From contig JBGQBE010000014.1 in assembly GCA_041494685.1 (NCBI GenBank), forward strand, positions 1 to 61,803: 61,803 nt of DNA, given 5' to 3'. The position numbers and the translations under genes were made by a program. The notes below the pieces were generated by a model that saw nothing but the letters and a program-made list of their open reading frames with translations, made no database searches and was not told the origin of the DNA. Shown piece by piece: positions 56,498 through 61,803 of this stretch (position 1 is the first letter of the stretch; each line of letters opens with the position of its first letter). The DNA comes from Dehalococcoidia bacterium (lineage in GTDB: Bacteria; Chloroflexota; Dehalococcoidia; DSTF01; JACRBR01).

Positions 56498-56839
56498 CTG
56501 GAGTCCGCAGACCTCGCACAGCGCATCGCAGACCTTCTCTCAGACCGCCAGGCGGAGGACATCGTGCTGATGGACATCAGCAAGGTGTCGTCGTTCACCG
56601 ACTACTTCGTCATCGCCACAGCGAACAACCCGCGCCAGATGAACGCGCTCATCGACTCGCTGGACCGCGACCTCCGGCCCGAGACACGCCCGCTGCGCAC
56701 GGAGGGCACGCCGGATTCGGGCTGGGTGCTGATCGATTTCGGCGATGCGATCGTGCACCTCTTTGCGCGGGAAGAGCGGGAGTACTACCGGATCGAGGAT
56801 CTCTGGGCGCAGGGCGTCTCGGTCGTGCACCTCCAGTAA
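56498..56839 (+). CDS. rsfS: Ribosome silencing factor (probable CTG start)
   Basis: AEDIVLMD...FTDYFVIAT...EG...GWVLIDFGDAIVHLF...REYYRIEDLW. Confidence 0.93.
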   Translation: MESADLAQRIADLLSDRQAEDIVLMDISKVSSFTDYFVIATANNPRQMNALIDSLDRDLRPETRPLRTEGTPDSGWVLIDFGDAIVHLFAREEREYYRIEDLWAQGVSVVHLQ

Positions 56840-56966
56840 CGTCGCCGTCCCTCGACATTTCTCGTTAACGTTTCGCGCAGAGATCGTGCCGCGCACGGCC
56901 CCGGCTTGCCGCTGCCGCGGGCCCGCCGATAGAGTCTGGCGCGAGCGTGATGCGACCGAACGCGAG

Positions 56967-57161
56967 GCGGGCATCGCCGACGTGCTGTTCGGGAAGAAGA
57001 TCGAGCACGCGTTGGATTCGGTGTCGTGGGCTGACTCGGCGCTGATCGGCTGCGCGCAGGCGATCGCGCTGGTCCCGGTGTCTCGCGCTCCACCGCGACG
57101 ATCCGCATACGGCTGTTCCGGGGGCATCGGATACGCGACGATCCGGCCACTGGCCGGCTTC
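56967..57161 (+). pseudogene. Internally deleted undecaprenyl-diphosphatase (uppP/bacA) remnant
   Basis: AGIADVLFGKKIE + SWADSALIGCAQAIALVP-VSR + GYATIR blocks match separated UppP motifs. Confidence 0.65.
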
Positions 57162-57191
57162 AATGCTGATCGGACAAGCTAAGATGCTGAC

Positions 57192-57860
57192 ATGGTCACG
57201 AACCTGATCGGGCAGTCACCGGCCGCGTTCCTTCTCGCATCGATCCTGATCATCCTTGCGCCCGGGCCGGACATGGCGCTGGTGGCGCGGAACACGATCG
57301 CGCGCGGGCGCGGGGCGGGATTCGTCACGGCAGGCGGGGCGATGGCGGGCGTGAGCGTGCACGTGACCGCGGCGGTCGCCGGGCTGTCGGCGCTGCTGAC
57401 GAGTTCGGCGTACGCGTTCTCGATCGTGAAGCTGGTGGGCGCCGCGTACTTGCTGTACCTGGGCGCGCGGACGCTCTTGGCGTCGCGGCACACCGCGCGG
57501 CACGACGACCTCAACACCGAGGCGGAGATCTTCGGTGAGACGTCGACCCGGCTAGTCCTGGCGCCGTCGTCGCCGGCGCTGCAGGGGATGCTCTCGGCGG
57601 TGCTGAACCCGAAGCTGGCCGTCTTCTTCCTGACGTTCCTGCCGCAGTTCGTCGACCCGTATCACGCGCCGGAGGCGAGCATGCTGGCGCACGGTGCCGT
57701 GTTCATCGCGATAGCGTGCATATGGATGACGGTGTGGGTGCTGACGCTCGACGGGCTGTCGGGCGTGTTCCGGCGGTCGCGGGTACGGGCGTGGATGGAG
57801 CGCGCGACGGGCGCGGTGCTGATCGGCATGGGCGTGCGACTGGCGCTGGCGCGGCGGTAG
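57192..57860 (+). CDS. LysE/RhtB-family translocator
   Basis: PGPDMALV, KLVGAAYLLYLG, LNPKLAVFF..FLPQF. Confidence 0.93.
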   Translation: MVTNLIGQSPAAFLLASILIILAPGPDMALVARNTIARGRGAGFVTAGGAMAGVSVHVTAAVAGLSALLTSSAYAFSIVKLVGAAYLLYLGARTLLASRHTARHDDLNTEAEIFGETSTRLVLAPSSPALQGMLSAVLNPKLAVFFLTFLPQFVDPYHAPEASMLAHGAVFIAIACIWMTVWVLTLDGLSGVFRRSRVRAWMERATGAVLIGMGVRLALARR

Positions 57861-57894
57861 TGGGCAGTCGGTAGTTCGTAGTGGGTAGTTTGTA
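57860..57894 (+). repeat. Heptamer array GTNNGTA x5 after LysE stop
   Basis: gtgggca gtcggta gttcgta gtgggta gtttgta. Confidence 0.85.
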
Positions 57895-57896
57895 GG

Positions 57897-59015
57897 TTAC
57901 GCGGGCCCGGGGGGCGGACCGGGGGGGCGCTGCGGCTGCGGAGCCTCGCCGCCACCCGCACTCTCGCCGCCCTCGGGGCTGCCGCCTTCGCGGCGGCGCT
58001 GCCGGCCGCCACGGCGGCCGCGGCGGCGCCGCTTCTGGCCATCGGGGCCGGCGGCGCCCTCTGCGGCGACAGCGGCCTCGGCGCCTTCGGCGGCTTCCGC
58101 TTCGCCCTCTGGTGCGGCGGCGCCCTCCGGCTGGGGCGCGCGCTCGCGCTTCAGCGGCTCCTCGATCTGGCGCACGAGTTCGACGGGGCGCACGGTGAGG
58201 CCGTACTGCATCTGCAGCTCGGTCACAGGCATCTCGACGACCTGCTTCTGCTCGGTCAGCCACAGGCGCACGGTCTTGCGCAGCACGTTGACGCTGTTGA
58301 TCTTCGCTTCGCCGGCGGGCGTGGAGACCATCGTGCCGACCTTCGGCATCTGGCCGCGCAGCTCGCGGTAGCCCTCGTACTCGAACGTCAGGCAGCAGTA
58401 GAGGCGGCCGCAGACCCCGGAGATCTTCTGGGGGTTTAGCGGCAGGTCCTGCTCCTTCGCCATCTTGATCGAGACGGAGGGGAAGGAGGTCTGCCACGAC
58501 GCGCAGCAGAGGCGCTGGCCGCAGACGTCGTAGCCATCGAGCAGCTTGGCGCGGTCACGCTCGCCCACCTGCAGGAACTGGACGCGCACGCCGAACGTGG
58601 ATGCGAGGTCGCGCTGGAGCGTGCGGAAGTCGGCGCGGTCGGCGGACGTGAAATAGAACGTGATCTGCGACCCCTCGAGGTCGTACTCGCCGGAGATGAT
58701 CTGCATGTCGAGGCCGTCTTCGGCGACGCGGTGCTTCGCCTCGCGCATCTCCTCGGCGGCCTGTCCGCGCAGCTCGTCGCGCTTGGCGAGATCCTCCGGC
58801 GTCGCGACGCGGGTGATGCGCTTCAGCGACTCCTTGATCTCGCTGACGAGCACCTGGTCGGGCGCGACGACGACGCGGCCGATCTCGAGCCCGTGCGACG
58901 TCTCGACGACGACGTAGCTGCCGACATCCAGGCTGGATTCGCCCGCGTCGAAGTAGTAGATCTTGCCGGCTTCCTTGAAGCGCACCCCGACGGGCACGCG
59001 CTGGCTGTCGCTCAT
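57897..59015 (-). CDS. ricT: PSP1-domain RicT/YaaT-family protein
   Basis: VGVRFKEAGKIYYF, FYFTSADRADFR, CGQRLCC, MAKEQDL.LNP.KISGVCGRL.CCL. Confidence 0.9.
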   Translation of the reverse strand: MSDSQRVPVGVRFKEAGKIYYFDAGESSLDVGSYVVVETSHGLEIGRVVVAPDQVLVSEIKESLKRITRVATPEDLAKRDELRGQAAEEMREAKHRVAEDGLDMQIISGEYDLEGSQITFYFTSADRADFRTLQRDLASTFGVRVQFLQVGERDRAKLLDGYDVCGQRLCCASWQTSFPSVSIKMAKEQDLPLNPQKISGVCGRLYCCLTFEYEGYRELRGQMPKVGTMVSTPAGEAKINSVNVLRKTVRLWLTEQKQVVEMPVTELQMQYGLTVRPVELVRQIEEPLKRERAPQPEGAAAPEGEAEAAEGAEAAVAAEGAAGPDGQKRRRRGRRGGRQRRREGGSPEGGESAGGGEAPQPQRPPGPPPGPA

Positions 59016-59059
59016 GGTTCCCGGCGGCGCACGTCTCGCGCGCCGCGTCCTTTCGTCTG

Positions 59060-60121
59060 CTATCGCCCGGCCAGCCGGCTGGAGACCGCGTTGGGGCGCA
59101 GCTCCGGCAGCGCCAGCATCATCGTCTCCAGCGCCAGCACCGGACTGGCGTTTTCGGCCAGGTGCTGACGGGCGTCGGATATCGCCCGCAGGGCCCGGAC
59201 CGCCGCGGTCACGCCGCATTGTGCCGCCAGCGGGCGTAGGCTGTCCAATCGCTCGCGGAAGACGGCCTGTTCCTCGCGTCCGGCGGCGATGAGCAGGATA
59301 TCGCGCCACCAGGCCTGCCACGCCTCCAGCGTCGCCTGGACGCCCGCGCGGTCCTTCGTGTAGCGTCCGCCGACTTCCGCGGCGAAGGCGAAGCGCTCGC
59401 TGAGCGGGGCGGCGGCCATGGACTGGGCGCGGTCGAGGGCTTCCGCGTGCTGCTCCAGCACGCGCTCATCGTGCAGGGCGGCGACCGCCCAGCCGAGGCG
59501 GCCGCCCGAGAGGCGCGCCAATTCCGACGCGCGCGACGGATCGACGTCCCAGCGGGTGCGGAGCGTGCGCTCGATGACGGGCGCGGGCAGGCCGCCGAAG
59601 GCGACGCGGCGCGCGCGCGAGCGGATCGTCGGCAGCAGCGCCTCTTCCTTATCCGTAACGAGGACGATGACGACGTTGTCGGGCGGTTCTTCGAGCGTCT
59701 TCAGCAGAGCGTTGGACGCGACGGCCTCGAGCGCGTCTGCCGGCTCGACGATGAAGACGCGGTTGCGGCCTTCGAACGCGCCGCGCGTGACGAGGTGCTG
59801 GATGCGGCGCACCTGGCACACGCGAATGCTGCGCGAGTCATCGGCGGAGTGCTTGTGCTCCTGCTCGTCGCACATGCCGCCGATGCCGACCATCTCGACA
59901 TCCGGGTGGGCGGCGGCGGCGATGCGGTCGCAGGCGCGGCAGCGGCCGCAGGGCGGCTCGTCGCCGGTGCAGTTCAGGAGCTGCGCGAACTGGAGCGCGG
60001 CGACGGTCTTGCCGACGTGCGCCGGCCCGGCGAAGAGGTACGCGTGTGCGACGCGGCCCTCCGCGACGGCGCGGGTCAGCACGCCTACCACCTGCTCCTG
60101 TCCGACCAGCGTCCACGTCAT
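59060..60121 (-). CDS. holB: DNA polymerase III delta' subunit
   Basis: HAYLFAGPAHVGK, C...PCGRCRAC, HPDV, NALLKTLEEPP, LPTIRSR. Confidence 0.93.
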   Translation of the reverse strand: MTWTLVGQEQVVGVLTRAVAEGRVAHAYLFAGPAHVGKTVAALQFAQLLNCTGDEPPCGRCRACDRIAAAAHPDVEMVGIGGMCDEQEHKHSADDSRSIRVCQVRRIQHLVTRGAFEGRNRVFIVEPADALEAVASNALLKTLEEPPDNVVIVLVTDKEEALLPTIRSRARRVAFGGLPAPVIERTLRTRWDVDPSRASELARLSGGRLGWAVAALHDERVLEQHAEALDRAQSMAAAPLSERFAFAAEVGGRYTKDRAGVQATLEAWQAWWRDILLIAAGREEQAVFRERLDSLRPLAAQCGVTAAVRALRAISDARQHLAENASPVLALETMMLALPELRPNAVSSRLAGR

Positions 60122-60164
60122 CGGCGACCCTGCGTCGTGCGCTGTCCGGTGCTTGGCATCGTCA

Positions 60165-60899
60165 TCACTGTCCCAGCGCGAGCCGTTCGATGAGCCACGG
60201 GTGGAGGTCGCGGTCGCGCATCTTCCGCTGCGTGGCGGCGATGTCGTAGTCGACCCTGCGCCACGTGACCGTGGCGGCGGCATCATCGTACAGCATGTAC
60301 GAGGCACGCGGGTCGCCGTCACGGGGCTGGCCGGTGCTTCCGGGGTTGAGGATCAGCCGCGCGCCGCCAAGCGCCAGCGCATCGCCGCCGTTCGCGCGCC
60401 GGATCTCCGGCGCAGCGCCGGGACGCTCCTCGATCCAGAACGGCAGGTGCGAATGGCCGACGATGCTGTAGGGCGTGACCTGCATGCTGAACTGCACGAG
60501 CGCCTGCTCCGCCGTCAACAGGTATTCCCACTCCGGATGGGCGAGGCTGCCGTGGACGATGGTGAATGCGTCCACGATGAGCGTTGGCGGAAGGCCGGCG
60601 AGGAAGGCGCGCTCGTCACCGGAGAGTTGCTCGCGCGTCCAGAGGGCGGCGCGGGCGGCGGCCGGGTTGAATTCGCCCACGTCCATGCGCCCGCAGGCGG
60701 CGAGATCGTGGTTGCCGGCGACGAGCGCAAGGGGGTGCGCGCGGAGCGCCGAGATGACGGTGGCGGGCTCCGGGCCGTAGCCGACGATGTCGCCGGCGCA
60801 CCACACGGCGTCGAGGGTGCCACCGGAGGCGGCGTGGTCCAGGCAGGCGGCCAGGCCCTCGGCGTTGGAGTGGCAGTCAGAGACGATCGCGACACGCAC
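60165..60899 (-). CDS. Metallophosphoesterase
   Basis: SDCHSN, GDIVGYG, GNHD, HGS, GHSH, NPGSTGQPRDGDPRA. Confidence 0.93.
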   Translation of the reverse strand: MRVAIVSDCHSNAEGLAACLDHAASGGTLDAVWCAGDIVGYGPEPATVISALRAHPLALVAGNHDLAACGRMDVGEFNPAAARAALWTREQLSGDERAFLAGLPPTLIVDAFTIVHGSLAHPEWEYLLTAEQALVQFSMQVTPYSIVGHSHLPFWIEERPGAAPEIRRANGGDALALGGARLILNPGSTGQPRDGDPRASYMLYDDAAATVTWRRVDYDIAATQRKMRDRDLHPWLIERLALGQ

Positions 60900-60955
60900 G
60901 TCGCATCGTACCAGCGGACGCGGATGCAGGCCGCGCGAGCCGGTACCCTGTGCCT

Positions 60956-61803
60956 ATGGACGTGAGCGGACCGGGCGAATTCGGACTAATCGAGCGGCTG
61001 CGGCGCGGACTGCCGGCGGCCGACGCGCGGCTGGCGATCGGCATCGGCGACGACGCGGCGGTATGGCGCGCGGGTGCCGCGTTCACGCTGGCGACCACGG
61101 ATACGCTGGTGGCGGGCGTCCACTTCCTGCCGGGGCGCGTGACGTGGCGCGACGTAGGCTGGAAGGCGCTGGCGGTGAACCTGAGCGACATCGCCGCGAT
61201 GGGCGGGCGCCCGACGTTCGCGCTGGTGACGCTGGCGCTGCCGCCCGACACGTCGGTGGAGCAGATCGACGAGATGTACGCGGGGCTGGGCGCGTGCGCG
61301 CAGCAGTACGGCGTGTCGATCGCGGGCGGCGACATCGTCGCGTCGCCGGTGCTGGCGATCACGGTCGCGCTGGCGGGCGAGGCGGACGGCGCGCCGGACG
61401 TCCTGCGCCGCGACGCGGCGCGCCCCGGCGACGCCATCGCGGTGACGGGGCCGCTGGGCGGCTCCGCCGCCGGCCTGTACGTGCTGCAACACGATCTGGA
61501 CGCGGCGCTGGCGGACGTGCGCGACGCTATCGCGCGGCACGCGCGCCCGCAGCCGCGCATCGCGGAGGGACTGGCGGCGCTGGCGGCCGGCGTGCGCTGC
61601 GGGATCGACGTGAGCGACGGGCTGGTGCAGGACCTCGGCCACGTCTGCGAGGCGAGCGGCTGCGGCGCGGAGCTGTACGACGTGCCGCTCGACCCGACGC
61701 TGGCGGGACTGGTGGCGCGCGGCGCCATCGACGCGGAGCGGGCCTTCACGATGGCGGCGGGCGGCGGCGAAGACTACGAGTTGCTGCTGATCGCGACGGA
61801 CGC
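60956..61803 (+). CDS. thiL: Thiamine-monophosphate kinase (runs off window end; absent from ORF track)
   Basis: GEFGLI...GIGDDAA...TTDTLVAGVHF...GWKALAVNLSDIAAMG...GGD...DVSDGL...GGEDYELL. Confidence 0.95.
   Translation, partial: MDVSGPGEFGLIERLRRGLPAADARLAIGIGDDAAVWRAGAAFTLATTDTLVAGVHFLPGRVTWRDVGWKALAVNLSDIAAMGGRPTFALVTLALPPDTSVEQIDEMYAGLGACAQQYGVSIAGGDIVASPVLAITVALAGEADGAPDVLRRDAARPGDAIAVTGPLGGSAAGLYVLQHDLDAALADVRDAIARHARPQPRIAEGLAALAAGVRCGIDVSDGLVQDLGHVCEASGCGAELYDVPLDPTLAGLVARGAIDAERAFTMAAGGGEDYELLLIATD

Overview
GC-rich bacterial chromosome segment. Gene content (F420 genes cofE/npdG, rpsF-ssb-rpsR, RicT/holB, DinB paralogues) suggests Chloroflexota, probably Dehalococcoidia; this assignment is inference. 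It holds about 65 mostly housekeeping CDSs, three tRNA-Ser genes (TGA, GGA, CGA) and one c-di-AMP riboswitch. The main unexplained structures are: (1) a four-helix-bundle (IVS-protein/Avd-like) gene enclosed by two mutually inverted arrays of degenerate 7-mers, with gene-less inverted heptamer cassettes of three other 7-mer families scattered through intergenic DNA; (2) an isolated, host-adapted three-gene virion-like module (adaptor, hub and OB-fold spike candidates) with no other phage genes, a possible domesticated/GTA-like system; (3) a c-di-AMP riboswitch controlling a 68-aa Cys-rich zinc-ribbon protein about 1.2 kb from that module. Smaller signals are an in-frame amber codon in a methyltransferase, an internally deleted uppP relic, sigma28-like promoters on c-di-GMP genes, many apparently leaderless genes and GTAG-type REP-like palindromes. 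All product calls come from motif recognition by eye; no searches were run.
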